Assembly (NCBI GenBank): GCA_025558095.1
Contig: JAIVFI010000032.1
Span: 434,001-498,000 of the forward strand
Reading direction: 5' to 3'
Source of the DNA: Hyaloraphidium curvatum SAG 235-1
Taxonomy: Eukaryota; Fungi; Monoblepharomycota
Length of the DNA: 64,000 nt
Shown here: positions 21,446 to 33,850 of the stretch, piece after piece
Layout of the letters: every line of letters starts with the position of its first letter
Numbering within the stretch: position 1 is the stretch's first letter
Made by a program: the position numbers and the translations under genes
Notes under the pieces: generated by a model
Told to the model about the DNA's origin: nothing
What the model saw: only the letters and a program-made list of their open reading frames with translations
The model's database searches: none

Positions 21446-23996
21446 ATGCCGGGACAACCGCATGAGCCCGGCGACCGGGCGGGGCGGCGCCGCCGGGGCC
21501 TCCTGGCCGGGCTCGCGCTGGCGGCGCTGCTCCCGCTCGTTGCGGCGCAGGCGACGCCCAACGCGCCCGCGGACTTCACGCCCGCCGACCCGGCGAAGAT
21601 AGCCAAATTCGTCGACGTGCTGCCGGTGCCGCCGGTGGTCGCGCTGACGTGGTCGAACGCCAAGCCGCTCGCGCGCCGCCGGGCGCCGCGGCAGGACGCG
21701 GACTCGGACCCGGAGCCGGCGAGCTTCCCGGATGTATTGGGCCCCGACGAGGACTGGGCGGCCGGCCGCGCATGGCAGGCCGCGGCCGGGGGCAAGGTGC
21801 CCCGCGCGGTGGCCAACCGCGCGCGCTCGCTCGCCGTCAAGATGGCCCCGTGCCGGCACCGCTTCCACTCGTCGCTGCAGCCGACGACGCTCTTCTGCTA
21901 CAACGGCGTGTACCCCGGCCCCACGGTGGTCGCCCGCCGCTTCCGCTCGACCCAGATCACGTGGACCAACGCCCTCCCCGCGACCCACATGCTCCGCGCG
22001 CAGCTCCGCGCCAGCGCGCCCAACCCCTACGTCAACATCACCACCAACGCCACCGTGCACCTGCACGGCGCGCAGTCCCTCGGCGGGGCCAACGATGGCC
22101 ACCCGCTCACGGCCTACAAGCCCGGGCGCTCTCAGGCCTCGTGGTACCCCAACCTCCAGCGGGCGACCCACCTGTTCTACCACGACCACATGATGGGCGC
22201 CACCGGGCCCAACTTTTACTCGGGCCTCTACGGCAACTACATGATCCGCGACGGCGTCGAGGACTGGCTCATCTCCAAAAAGCGCCTCCCCCCGCGCGAC
22301 CGCGAGATCCCCCTGGTGATCGCCGACAAGCTCGTTTCGTCCTCCGGTGGCCTCGTGTACGCGCTTTCGGGCGGCGTGCTGGTGGGCAACGTCATGTCGG
22401 TCAACGGCAAGCTGTACCCGTACACGGCCGTCCAAGCGACCACGTACCGCTTCCGCATCCTCAACGCGAGCAACGGGCGCTTCCTGAACCTGTGGCTCGA
22501 GACGGCGTTCCCGGGCGTGCGCGCGTGGATCGTGGGGAACGACGGAGGCCTGCTGGATGCCCCCGTGGAGGTGCGCAACCTGACCAGGGCGCCCGTGGGG
22601 AACAGCGACCGGAGGGTGCTCGTCGAGGGGAGCGGGCGGGTGGACCTCGTGGTGGACTTTTCGGGGGTGTGGAGGGGAGGGAACTCGACGACGGACAAGA
22701 GGGGTTGGCGGGAGGTGAAGCTCGTCAACTCGGCGTCCTGTGGGTTCCTCCTCCTCGGGTGCTGTTTTCTGCCCTGTCGCTGACGGACTCCGCGCTTTGC
22801 TTCCAGACTACTGGCCGGGAACCCCGCTGCCCAGCTCGTCGTCCGTCTACAGCGTCATGCAGTTCCGCGTCGCCCGGCCGCGCGCCAACACCTCGCAGAG
22901 CCGCACGACCCTGCCCTCCAAGTTCCCCGCGGACCCCTACGCCGCCACCCCCGCATCGCAGATGGCCGAGCTGGCTGCCCAGCAGTCGGGCGACCGCCGC
23001 GTCTCCCGCTTCGGCTACGCCCGCGCGCCGCAGGGCCACCCCGCGGACCCGTCGCAGGTCCCCGTCTCGCGGTACCGCACCCACTCCTTCTCCGTGGCCT
23101 TCGACGCCGAGCTCGGGGTGCCGCTCCACCTGCTCAACGGGCTGCGGTTCATGGACCCCGCGACGGAGATGCCCGTGCAGGGTACCTACGAGAACTGGCG
23201 CATCTGCAACCCCATGAACATCGCGCACCCCGTGCACCTGCACGCCGTGACCATGGCGGTCACGTACCGCCGGCCGTTCGACGTGGCGGTGTACGCGGCG
23301 TCGGGCGCAAGGCAGACGGTCGTGTACACGGGCAGGGCCGCCGACATCCCGCGCGAGGACAGGGGGTGGAAGGACATGGTCGTCGCGCTGCCGGGGGAGT
23401 GCGTTAACGTGACGGTGGCGGTGGAGGGGTTCGCGGGGGAGTTTGGGTGGCACTGCCACTCGCTCGAGCACGAGGACGGGGACATGATGCGGCCCCTGCG
23501 GGTGCTTCCCGCGGGCAGCCAGCAGGTGTTTGCGACCGTTGCGCCGAGCACCACCACGACGGCGGCGCCCACGCGAACTTCGACGTCGCTGACCACGACG
23601 ACAGCCTTCACCCGCACCCCCGAGCCCCTCGGCCCGGGCCCCTTTGCAACGCACGTGGTCGAGGTGGCGCCGCTGGACGACGCCACGGGCAAGTACCTGA
23701 TGGCCTACCGCCCCTCCAACCTCACCGTCAACCTGGGCGACACGGTGCGCTGGGTGTGGTCCGCGGATCCGGGCCAGGCGCACTCGGTGGAGCACTACGC
23801 CGACGCCTCCATCTGCCGCAGGTTCAGGGACTTCGAGGCCGCGCAGAGGCTGTTCTCGGACGGGAGCGGGAGCACGGGGCGGTACGCGCCGTTCCAGTTC
23901 AGCTACCAGTTCGTGAACAGGGGGAGGTGGACCTACGCGTGCTCGGTGGGGGAGCACTGCCTGTACAAGATGGCGGGGGCGGTCACGGTCGTGTGA
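21446..23996 (+). CDS. Multicopper oxidase (CotA/bilirubin-oxidase-like) with an extra C-terminal cupredoxin domain; 1 intron
   Basis: KFVDVLPVP, TVHLHG, FYHDH, HPVHLH, WHCHSLEHEDGDMM; Thr linker; then GDTVRW...HSV...YACSVGEHCLYKMAGAVTV. Confidence 0.92.
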
Positions 23997-24316
23997 TCCG
24001 GCTGACGCTCGGGGCTGCCGTCGTTCTATATCCTCTATTTGGCATATGTAACACACAGAGCGCGGATGCGCATAGAACAGCTGGATTGACTCGTAGATAT
24101 TGACTGCATGTGTTGACACTTTGGCACGAACATGAGACGGATTGGAGCATCCCGGACTGTTAACCATGGAAGCGCCCGTGCTTCAGGCGATCTTAACGAA
24201 ACAGACAATCTACCATCTGATACTTGCTGCCATCGTGGGTGAGCGAGTGAAGGCGGGTGAATGACACTTTGCCACTCGTCGTTGAACCACCGAACTGTCC
24301 CCCGCCCGTCGCCGCC

Positions 24317-27300
24317 ATGTCCGACAGCACGGCGCGGCTGCCTGCGGAGCTGCTTGCGGCGGTGTTTGACCGCGCCATCGACGGCGGCGCGCCGCTCGGC
24401 ACGCTCAGCCTGGTGTGCCGGCGGTGGGGCCGCGTGGCCTCTGCGCGGTTCCACCGCAAGCTGTTTGCGCGGCTGTCGGCGGCGCATCCCGGCGCGGCGT
24501 GCGGCGGCCGGCTGCGGGCGACGGTGGTCGACGAGGTGCGCTCCTACTTGCGGGGCGCGTGGGCAAAGGACCTCGGCGTGGCCGGCGAGAGGGAGGCGCG
24601 CGAGAGGCTCAAGTGCCAAATCTGGGCAGAGGAGGCCCAGCGGGAGGCGCAACCTGGCGAGCAAGTGGACCACAATGGCGGCGATGGGGCCGGTTCGGAG
24701 GCCTCCCCGGGAATGCCGAGGAGGGAAGCTGTGGACGCTGAGGGCGCCCTGGCCGCCCACGAAATCTACCGCGCCGCCGTGCGGGCCCACTTCCGCGGAG
24801 TGCTGCACGGGCCCGTCTCCCGCGAGGACTACGAGGCCGCACGTTCTGTCCAGCTTGCCGCCCTCGACGCGGACCCGACCTCGTCTGCCGAAGCTGCCGG
24901 CATCTCGGCCCTACTGTTCAGGCTGGCACACCTCCGGCTGCGGTCGCTGCTGCGCCTGAGCAAGAACTCGATGCTCTTTGTCGACGGGGAAGACCGGATC
25001 CGCCTCGTCAAGCAGCCTTCGGGGCCCATAGCGGGCCCGCCGCCGACCCTGTTGCCGTTCCTCCCGCGCGTGGACGCCTCGTCGGATCCCATCGCGCTCT
25101 TTTCCCCCGCGGGGACGCGGATCGTGTTCGTCTGCGCCAAGGACGTGTCGCCCGATTCGGTGATGCCGTTCCCGGGCGGTCGGGCCAAGGAGGAGAGGAA
25201 GAAAAAGAACGTGCCCGAGTGGCCAAACTTCGGGCCCGACTTCAACAAGCGCTGCTTGGTCAGCTGCTGGGTGGACGGCACCGATTGGCGCGAGATGGAT
25301 CTGACATGGGTGAGTTGCTTCCGCTTGAGAAACGTGAGAGCTCTCCAACACCTCGTTGCCTGTCGACAGGAGGGATCAATCCACTTCTCCTTCACCCTCG
25401 CCCCGCCTCCCGGCCACGAAGCAGACCGCCCCGAACCCTACATCATCCTCACGCGCGACTCATCCTACGGCTACCTCATCCTCACCTCGTACCCGCTCTC
25501 CGCCTTCCCCGAGGGCGGCGTCGACCTTCCCTCGCGGATGGAAGGCATGCGCGAGATCCGCGGCGGCGTCGGCGTCGCGCTTCCCGATCCCAAGTCCAAG
25601 GGCGAAGGGGGGTTCTGGGTCTCGGGGCACGAGTACTTCCCCGCGCTCGCGGACGCGCGATCGCCGCTGGAGTCGCTGGTCGACGGCGCGCCGCCGAGGG
25701 AACGGGACCGGTTCGCGCCGCAGCCGGGGACGCCGGCGTTCTTCAGGGCGATGCTGCGCGAGGCGATGCTCCCCGGATCGTCGTCCACCATCACGTCGGT
25801 GCACGACCCGTTCGGGAACGACGGCAGGGTGCTCGTCAAGGGCGGCGAGGTCGTCGTGGTCGGCTGGGTCAAGGGCGACGGGTTCTACAACGAGGAGGCG
25901 ACCGCGGCAACGGACTCCGAGTCGGATTCCGACTCGGATTCGGACACGGCGAGCACCACTTCGTCCCACGACGCCTGGTTGGAGGACCCGAAGCCTGCTC
26001 CCGACAAGGTCCGCCCCCCGCCGCGCGAACTCACCCCCTTCCACTCCCACCCGTACTCGACCTCGACGCGGCAGCCGACCCTCTTCGTCTCCACCCTCCC
26101 CGACACCGCCATCGTCGCGCGGCTCCGGCGCGTCCCCGACCCGGGCCCCCTCGACGCTGCCGCGATGAACCAGATCTGGGCCGCGGGCGGCGACCCCGCC
26201 GCGCCGCCGCAGCTTCCCGCCTGGACGCTGGACGTGATCGCCGTCGACCTCCGGCATTCGCAGCGCGACAGGGAGCGCCGCAGGAAGCTCGAGGCGCTGG
26301 TGGAGGACATCAGGCAGCAGATGCACTGGGATGCGCTGCACGCGCGGGCGGGCAAAGGGAAGGGGAAGCCCGCGGGGAACGTGCGCACGATCGGGGACTA
26401 CGCACCCGACACGGAGCAGCTCGAGGTGGACAGGCCGTTGTGGAGCGCGGACGAGCACATCCACGGGATGAAGGAGCTCTGGGGGCGCGAGCCCGAGGAC
26501 GATCCCGAGATGATGCGGGACAACGGGAACCAGACCATGCTGATCGCGCCCACGGATCCCGCCGAGGGGAGCTCCGTGCAGAAGGACGGGTACGTAACGC
26601 TGCAGGCGGCGGCGTCGGCGGACGAGGAGACGGGGTACCTGGACATGCTGAAGGAGGCGGCGGGGGACCTGTACGAGGGGAGGAAGCCGGCCAGGGTGCT
26701 CTGCAGGCTGCCGCTGCCGTCGGCGCTGCTGACCTGGATGCGCGACGAGCCGGACGGGGACGACGATGGCTGGCGCGTGGAGGATCTGGGTATGCCGGTG
26801 CCGCCGCCTCCGCGGCCGGGCCAGGCGCAGGCCGGCTTCGGCGGCGCGGCCAACGTGGCCACGCTGGCCACCGCCGCCGCCAACCCTGCCCAGCAGCAGC
26901 CGCCGCAGCGCGGCAACCCGGCCGAGATGCAGCACCTGCTCCGCAACGCCGTGTTCTACCTCGATCCGTCGGGCAGCGGGCTTGCGGCGCTCACGCGGCG
27001 GGGCGGGGCCGATTCGGCGAGGACGGTGTGGATCGTGGACCTCGGGAGGAGGTACGAAGGGCGGCGGGGGAGCGTGTGGGATCCGTTCGGGGTGGCGGAT
27101 TATGAGGAGGGCGCGGAGGAGGACGAGTTTGGGCGAGAGAGGAACGAGAGGATCGAGACGGTGGAGCAGCTCTGGGGCACGACGCTGGCGACGTACGTTT
27201 TCGACCGGCCCGTGAGGAGCTTCACCTGGATCTCGGGCGCGCGGTTCGTGGTGGTCACCGGCGACCGGCCCGTCAGGCCGGCGGGGACCCTGCCGACCGC

Positions 27301-28014
27301 GGGCTCCAACGTCGGCGGGCGGACGCTGAACGAGGCGACGGCGTGGGACGAACCGGCGGCCGGCTCCCGCAAGTTCTCCAGGGAGGACCTGCTTTCGACC
27401 TGGCACCTGTTGCAGGTCACCAGGAAGGAACACGACAGGCCGCCGAGGGCTTGGGAGACCGCAGCGCCCGAACCGGGCGCGGCGAACAGGATTTCGCCGC
27501 GGACGACGCTCGCTGTTGAGCAAGTCGGCACGTCGAGAAGGCTGCATCTTCCGCAGCTCGTCATGCCGGACGGAGTCATGCCCCTGGCGGACGCCGGCGG
27601 GATCGGTTGGTCGCTGCGCTGCTGTCCGAGCCTTCCGTGGTTCTGACCGGGCCTCCCGTCTCGACAGCTCATCTAGATCCCGCAAACATTTCGACCAGCG
27701 GGAACCTGTTCGCCAACGTTCTTTCGACGGCACAGGCGCGGATGATCGCGACCGTCCTCGAGCCCGAAACGGTCCCTGCGCAGCCGCAGCCCTCCTTCGC
27801 CGCCAGGTTCGGCCGGGGGATCATGAAGCTCGCCGTCAAGGCGGCGGACGCCTACTGGGGAACCAAACTAGAGGAGGCCTTGGATCAGGAGCCGGAGCAG
27901 GAAAGGGTCAAGAGCCTCGTGCGGATCGCCAGGGTCGTCTCCGCGGAGGGGGACGAGGCGGATTGGGAGTCGGTGGACCTGCCGGGCAAGTTTGCGCGGT
28001 TCTCTCCAATCTAG
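24317..28014 (+). CDS. Large F-box-like hypothetical protein; about 2 introns
   Basis: RLPAELLAAVF...LSLVCRRW F-box pattern; more than 1100 codons with coding bias; last exon about 27669-28014. Confidence 0.7.
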
Positions 28015-28247
28015 AGCGAGATATGTACATAGAAACAGATGAATTGCTACGGAATTTGTGATGATCGGTGCAGAACTTGGCGATGATGTGGCCGGCGGGA
28101 AACGGCCAGGGATCGATCGGAGCGGCGATCCGATGTGGTCCTCGACGAATGAACTTCGGGCTCGTCGGCATCGCCCTCCGACCCCGAAACAGGCCACTTT
28201 CTCCGCTTATTCCGATTCATTGGATCCTCCTTCGCACGAACCGCGCC

Positions 28248-30059
28248 ATGTCGGCACCCTCGAAGCGCCCTGCGGACGATGGGGCCGAGGTTCCGGCCAA
28301 GAAGCCGCGCACCACCTCCGAGGCCCGTCCGGCGCCGACCGGGCCGCCTGCCTCCCGCACGGTGCTGCATTGGTTTCGTGTCGACCTCAGGACGGCGGAC
28401 AACTCGGCGCTGCATGCCGCGAGCGAGAGGGCGCGGGCTCTCGGGGACGCGAACCTCGTCGGCCTCTACGTCGTCTCCCCGGCCGAGTGGGCCAAGCACG
28501 ACATAGCTCCCGTGCGGATCGACCTCTGGATGCGGACGCTGGAGCTGCTCAAGGAGGACCTGCAGTCCAAGTTCGGCGTGCCTCTTGTGGTGGCCCGAGC
28601 CGAGAAGCGCCGCGACGTCCCGGAGCTGGTCGCCAAGCTCGCCAATGATCTGAACGCGGCCGAGGTCACGTGGAACATCGAGTATGAAGTCAACGAGCTG
28701 GCTCGCGATGCCGCGACGAAGAAGCTTCTCGAGGCAAAGGGTGTCAAGGTGACCGAGAAGCACGACCAGTGCGTCGTCCAGCCCGGTCTCGTTCGCACAA
28801 AGGTTGGTTAATCTGGTGATCTGGACCATATCGATGTTGCTTAACATTCTCCTTCCAGGAATCGAAGATCTACACCGTCTTCACCCCGTTCAAGAACTCC
28901 TGGATCAGGCACGTTGCTGCCGACACGGCAAAAACCCTCGCTCTTTCCCCGAACCCCGAAGCGAACCGCTTCCCCTTCTCCAAATCCCACACCACCATCT
29001 TCGATTCCCATTTTTCCGTTCCCGAGGCTTCCGATATCACCCCCGAGCTGCATGCCGAGCTCGCCGGGTCGGACGAAGCCAAGCTGCGCCTTTCCCGGAT
29101 CCGCTCCCTGTTTCCTGCCGGCGAACCCGCGGCGCAGGATCGCCTGCACGCCAAGTTCCTCGCCAAGCACATCAAGCAGTACCACGTCGAGCGCAACCTC
29201 CCCGAACACTCGGCGACGCCCGATCTGTTTGCGGGATCGTCCAGGCTCTCGCCTTACCTGTCGTGCGGATCGCTTTCGGCCCGGCAGTGCGTGGCGGCCG
29301 CCCGGACGGCCAACAATGGAAAGCTCGAAGGCGGGAGCGAGGGGATCGCTGTCTGGATCTCGGAGATTGTCTGGAGGGACTTCTACCGCAACATCCTCGT
29401 CGCCTTCCCCCGCGTCTGCAAGAACAAAGCGTTCAAGGAAGAGACGGAGAAGGTAGCATGGAGCTACGACGAGGAGAAGTTCAAGATGTGGTGCGAGGGG
29501 CGGACCGGCTTTCCAATCGTCGACGCCGGGATGAGGCAGTTGAAGAAGGATGGCTGGATGCACAACCGGCTTCGCATGATTGTGGTGGGTCACGAAAGCT
29601 GTTCGATGACTTTCGTTGTTCCTCATCTGAAGATTCAGGCAATGTTTCTGACCAAGGACCTCCTGATCGACTGGCGCCTCGGAGAACGCTACTTCATGAA
29701 GAACCTCATTGACGGCGACTTTGCTTCCAACAACGGGGGATGGCAGTGGGCCGCAAGCACCGGAACCGACGCCCAGCCCTACTTCCGCGGTTGGTGTTGA
29801 GCTGTTACGGGTTCGTTTCGAGCTGACCTCCAATCCGCCCGCAGTTTTCAACCCCCTCCTCCAATCGCAAAAGTGCGACCCCTCGGGCGTCTTCATCCGC
29901 GCCTACGTCCCCGAGCTGGCCGCGATGAAGGGCAAGGCGATCCACGAGCCCGACTCAGAGGCGAGGAGGAAGGCAGGCTATCCGAAGGAGATGGTGAAGC
30001 ACGAAGAGGCCAGAATCAAGGCGATCGACGCTTTCAAGAAAGCGGCCGGGAAGTCGTGA
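28248..30059 (+). CDS. PHR1: Class I CPD DNA photolyase; 3 introns
   Basis: LHWFRVDLRTADNSAL, YTVFTPF, SRLSPYL, WISEIVWRDFY, GRTGFPIVDAGMRQL, GWMHNRLRM, DGDFASNNGGWQW, QPYFR/VFNP. Confidence 0.95.
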
Positions 30060-30218
30060 AGGTCAAGCTGTAATCTTCCTGGAATTGTCATGGGCCGTTT
30101 GGGCGTTGCCGACACTTTAGCCGCCGGTCAAGCCCCGACAGGGCTGGGCGCATTGCCCCGACCGGACACCTCGGATCTCGGAATCAAACGTCCTCCAGAC
30201 AGCTCCTTTCCGCTCGAG

Positions 30219-31383
30219 ATGCCTCGTCTCCGGAAGTCCCTCGATGGCAAGGTCACCATGGCCGCCGTGGGGTTGTGTGTGCTCCTGGACATCGGTGCGA
30301 CATGCGCGCCCACCCGAAGCGTTCGGAGTGTTGACTACCATGCCACGCAGCCGCTCTGGTGTTCATCGCCATGGCTGGAGCCGGTCCTCTTACCAATTCG
30401 TCGCTGTACTGGGGCAAGTACGTGGGAGCGCGGGTTTGTAAACGGCCGACGGAGTTTCGCTGCTTCTGGAGTTGTCTGATCCTCACTTCCTCTCTCCATC
30501 TCTCGCCCTTGAATGATCCTTCTTTCTTCTCTCATCTTCCGGCCCTTTGTTCTGTCTCCCGCTCGTCCCTGCCCAGTACGCGGGAGCTACGACGACCCAG
30601 GACGTGACGACGGGGATGTGGGGCTACTGCCGGACAAACTCGACGGCGACACTCAACCCTTTTGACACCTGTGCGACATGGTGGAATGGCACGGCACCGT
30701 TTTATTACTGGTGTGCATCTCCTATACGAGCGAGGCCCGGAGCTCGTTGATTGACTTGCGCTTCTCAGGTACTCGCTCTACTTCTACTACTCGATCGTCA
30801 GCCTTCAGATCATCTGCTGCGTCACTCTGAGCGTTGGGGCGCTGACTCTCCTCGCGCGTAACCCCCGCGGACTCATGATCGCCGGCGTTGTCGCGGCCTT
30901 CCTCTTCGTGCCGTGCTTCTCGTGCATGACGTGGCTGAACTACAATGTCTCGATCTACCTGGCTCCCTACGAGAGCTACAGCAACGGACCAGCTTTCACC
31001 TGTGAGTTGTTCTGCCATGCGAACCAATCCTCATGATCTAAATGCTTGCAACAGGTGGAATCATTGCCTTTGCTCTGCTCTGGGTATCGATGATTCTCAA
31101 GTGCTTCGCCAGCATGCACGGGGGGTCCGACGCCAAGGAGGTTGCGCTGGAGCTTTCTCCCGATGACATGGCTGCCGCCAAGCAGCAGGATGCCCTCGTC
31201 GGGATGCCGCCTACTGTCTACGCCCAAGCCGTGCCAGCTTACTCTGTGGCCGTCCAGCAACCCATGTATGCGGCGCCACCGGCTGGGGCCATGTACGCGG
31301 CGCCTCCCACCGGGGCGTCCGTCACGTACGTGGCTCCGCCCACGGGAGCGCCCGTGATGTACGCTGCTCCCCCGGTCAAGTGA
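30219..31383 (+). CDS. SUR7/PalI-like multi-pass membrane protein with a Pro/Tyr repeat tail; about 4 introns
   Basis: N-terminal TM, TGMWGYC motif, further TM segments, tail MYAAPPAGAMYAAPPTGASVTYVAPPTGAPVMYAAPP. Confidence 0.55.
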
Positions 31384-32446
31384 TGGACAGATTTGGGCGG
31401 GCAGGAGCCACTAAGACTGATGTGTTCTCTGCATCATGAATGTTCGTTGATCGATCGACGGTGATCACCTCAACCCCTGGTCGCAGTGTCGGCCGCGCTG
31501 AAGAACAGTCTTCCCATCCAAGTCGGCAGCACAGAAGTGGCCTAGGATGGCTTGGATGCGCGCAGAATCTCCCCCACGTTGTCGGATCCCCGTGCAGCGT
31601 GACGACCGCCTTCAACCTCGGCTTGCGTGCGACGGCCTCGGTGTCCTTCTCGGCGCCGGCCAGATCCTTGACAAACAGCAGCCCAGCCATCCTTGTGAAA
31701 CCAATCGGGTTCCACGACACAGCCCCGAGAGCCCCATCGATCCACGAAGAGGGGGAGAGGACAGAGAGCTGATACGAATGGAAGCCGCATGTCGTGATGC
31801 AGGCCAGAGAGCCGTCGAGGGGAGTTCCGGGATCTCGGAGCTTCACGATGAAGCAGAGGTCGGCGAAGCTGGCCCAATCAGTCACGCCCACGCTCTCGAT
31901 CGAGAAATTGCTCCTCGTCTCGGCTGGCATCTCCTCGATCGAGTAGGCCAGTGCGGCGCGGTTGGCCAGCACTTCCGCGTCCCTCGCAGGTCCGGTAACC
32001 TTGGCATCGGGGAAGAGCTCGAGCCACTTGTCGACGAAAGTGTCGTGGGCCATCGTTGCAACGAGGACCGAAGGCGTTCCCAGCTTGGTAATGACCTCGA
32101 CGGTCTGCTTCCGATCGACGGGCGGAGGGCTTTGCAGTATCAGACTGCCGTCTTTGCCGACGTGCACCACGCAGTTGGAGGTCCCGTGCGGCATGTGGTA
32201 CGCCACGACGAAAAGGCTTTCAGCGACGCGCACCGGGCGGGCTTCGGCCTGACCCATGCCCAGCGCCGACAGAACAGCGCGCGGGAGCATCTTGAGAACG
32301 GCGCTGGAGAATGCGGTTGCCCCCAGGACGAACTTCGAGGCGAGGGGGAGGGCGGCGGCGTTGCGCCGGACGGCCGCAAAGACCTCGTCGCGGTGGGTCG
32401 CGGCGCGCTCGCGCTGCTTGGCATCGGCGTCTGCAGAGGCCGACAT
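31376..32446 (-). CDS. DUF4336-like (metallo-beta-lactamase-fold) protein; 3' end uncertain
   Basis: DGSLILQSP, LGTPSVLVATMAHDTFVDKWLELFPDAKV, VTLHGD. Confidence 0.55.
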   Translation of the reverse strand: MSASADADAKQRERAATHRDEVFAAVRRNAAALPLASKFVLGATAFSSAVLKMLPRAVLSALGMGQAEARPVRVAESLFVVAYHMPHGTSNCVVHVGKDGSLILQSPPPVDRKQTVEVITKLGTPSVLVATMAHDTFVDKWLELFPDAKVTGPARDAEVLANRAALAYSIEEMPAETRSNFSIESVGVTDWASFADLCFIVKLRDPGTPLDGSLACITTCGFHSYQLSVLSPSSWIDGALGAVSWNPIGFTRMAGLLFVKDLAGAEKDTEAVARKPRLKAVVTLHGDPTTWGRFCAHPSHPRPLLCCRLGWEDCSSARPTLRPGVEVITVDRSTNIHDAENTSVLVAPARPNLSIT

Positions 32447-32660
32447 GTCTTCCAGAGTGTTCGCAACGCGTCCTTCGCGGGACGTCTGGGGGCGAGTCGA
32501 AACGGCGCGCCAATGAGTCATCACTTATTCATCACGAACGAGTCCCGCTTCCGTCCGCACTGACTGGCGTCCGATTTTCTTGAGCATCACGCAAAGCTGC
32601 GCTTTTGGTTCTCTCCATAATGTCTCAAGCTATTGTACATCTCATTTATTCGCCCACTTG

Positions 32661-33393
32661 CTAGGCGATCGCCTCCACCGACAGCACTGATCCGTTCAAC
32701 GACGCCTTGCTCTTGGACCTCGTCATCTGCTGCCCCTCCTTCGGCTCCACCTGCTTGTACGGCTGCGCGTAGGGGTCCACGGCCGTCGAAGTCCTCCCGT
32801 AAGGCATCGTCGCGGCCTGGTTGTTTGCGATGTACGCCGGCCCGGGCGTGAAGGCCGCCGAGACGGGCGACACGGCGTTTTCGGCCCCCTTGCCGCGGTG
32901 ATAGATGACAGCGAAAGCGATGTCCAAAAGACACAACAGCAGGGCGAACCCGCCGATGGCGATCAGCTCAATAGCGATGGCGCCGAACCAGACGTAAACC
33001 AGGGCCCAGACTGTAACAAGGCCCGCGGCAAGGATGGTGCTCGCGCCGATGATCGCTTTGTGAGCGATTAGGGCGCGGGCGCTGCCGCGGGAGGAAGCGA
33101 CAAAGACCGACACGCTCCCAGCAAAGAGAGATGCCCCGAGAAGCACCATGATGGAAGATCCGGCGATGACGAGGACGCCGGCGTCGCTGTAGGGGTCGTA
33201 GAACGGCGCGTAGAGGATCAACAGGCTACGCATATAGGGAGAGGACGGAAAAGCGGGGCGTGAGGATTATTAGCAAGCCGCGTTCGAAAATGAAGGAGGA
33301 GACCTACTAGGTGCCGTAGCCCATCGCGGCCAAGGAGTCGAGGAAGAGGAAGGACGAGATGGCGACCATGGCGGTCATCCTGTTTCCGGGCAT
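32661..33393 (-). CDS. Four-TM membrane protein (tetraspanin-like topology, short loops); 1 intron
   Basis: Four hydrophobic segments after splicing GYGT/YLLILY; hydrophilic tail. Confidence 0.6.
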
Positions 33394-33850
33394 GGCTGCT
33401 CGGATCCGGTCGCGGGGCGGTGCGCGGAGTTGCTCGAGGAGCGGGGAACCGGGCGTCGCGAGGGTGGCACCGCCGAGTGAATCGAGCGCGCTGCCACATC
33501 GCTCGTCAGCTCTGCATTCCTGTGAGAGCAAAGATGGGGATCAGACCTTGAAATGGACGGGATTTAGGCCGTTTGCGGGGGATTTTTGGTGGGAGATTCG
33601 TGGTGCACGGGCCGCTCGCCCATCGCCCCGCCAAAGGCGAGTCGGAGATGACGGCGACCTGCTCCGACCTGATCATCAGACAGACGACAATTTATCTAGA
33701 TGTCAACTGTACACTGTACATTTCGCATAATGTAATATGCCAGACACAGCTGCAAAGCTAGCTACGTGCGCTCAGTCAAGCATGCAAGACCATAAGAGTG
33801 ATCGACAGCAGAAAGGGACCGGGTATCGAGTCGCAGGCCCTCTGCGGCCA

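Noticed and set aside
12078-23996. A copper-enzyme biosynthetic cluster (DBH-like plus MCO)
   Set aside because: The two genes are separated by unrelated LRR, SfsA and F-box genes, and there is no backbone synthase or transporter.
25910-25950. DSESDSDSDSD run resembling staphylococcal SD repeats
   Set aside because: A short acidic low-complexity linker, common in eukaryotic proteins.
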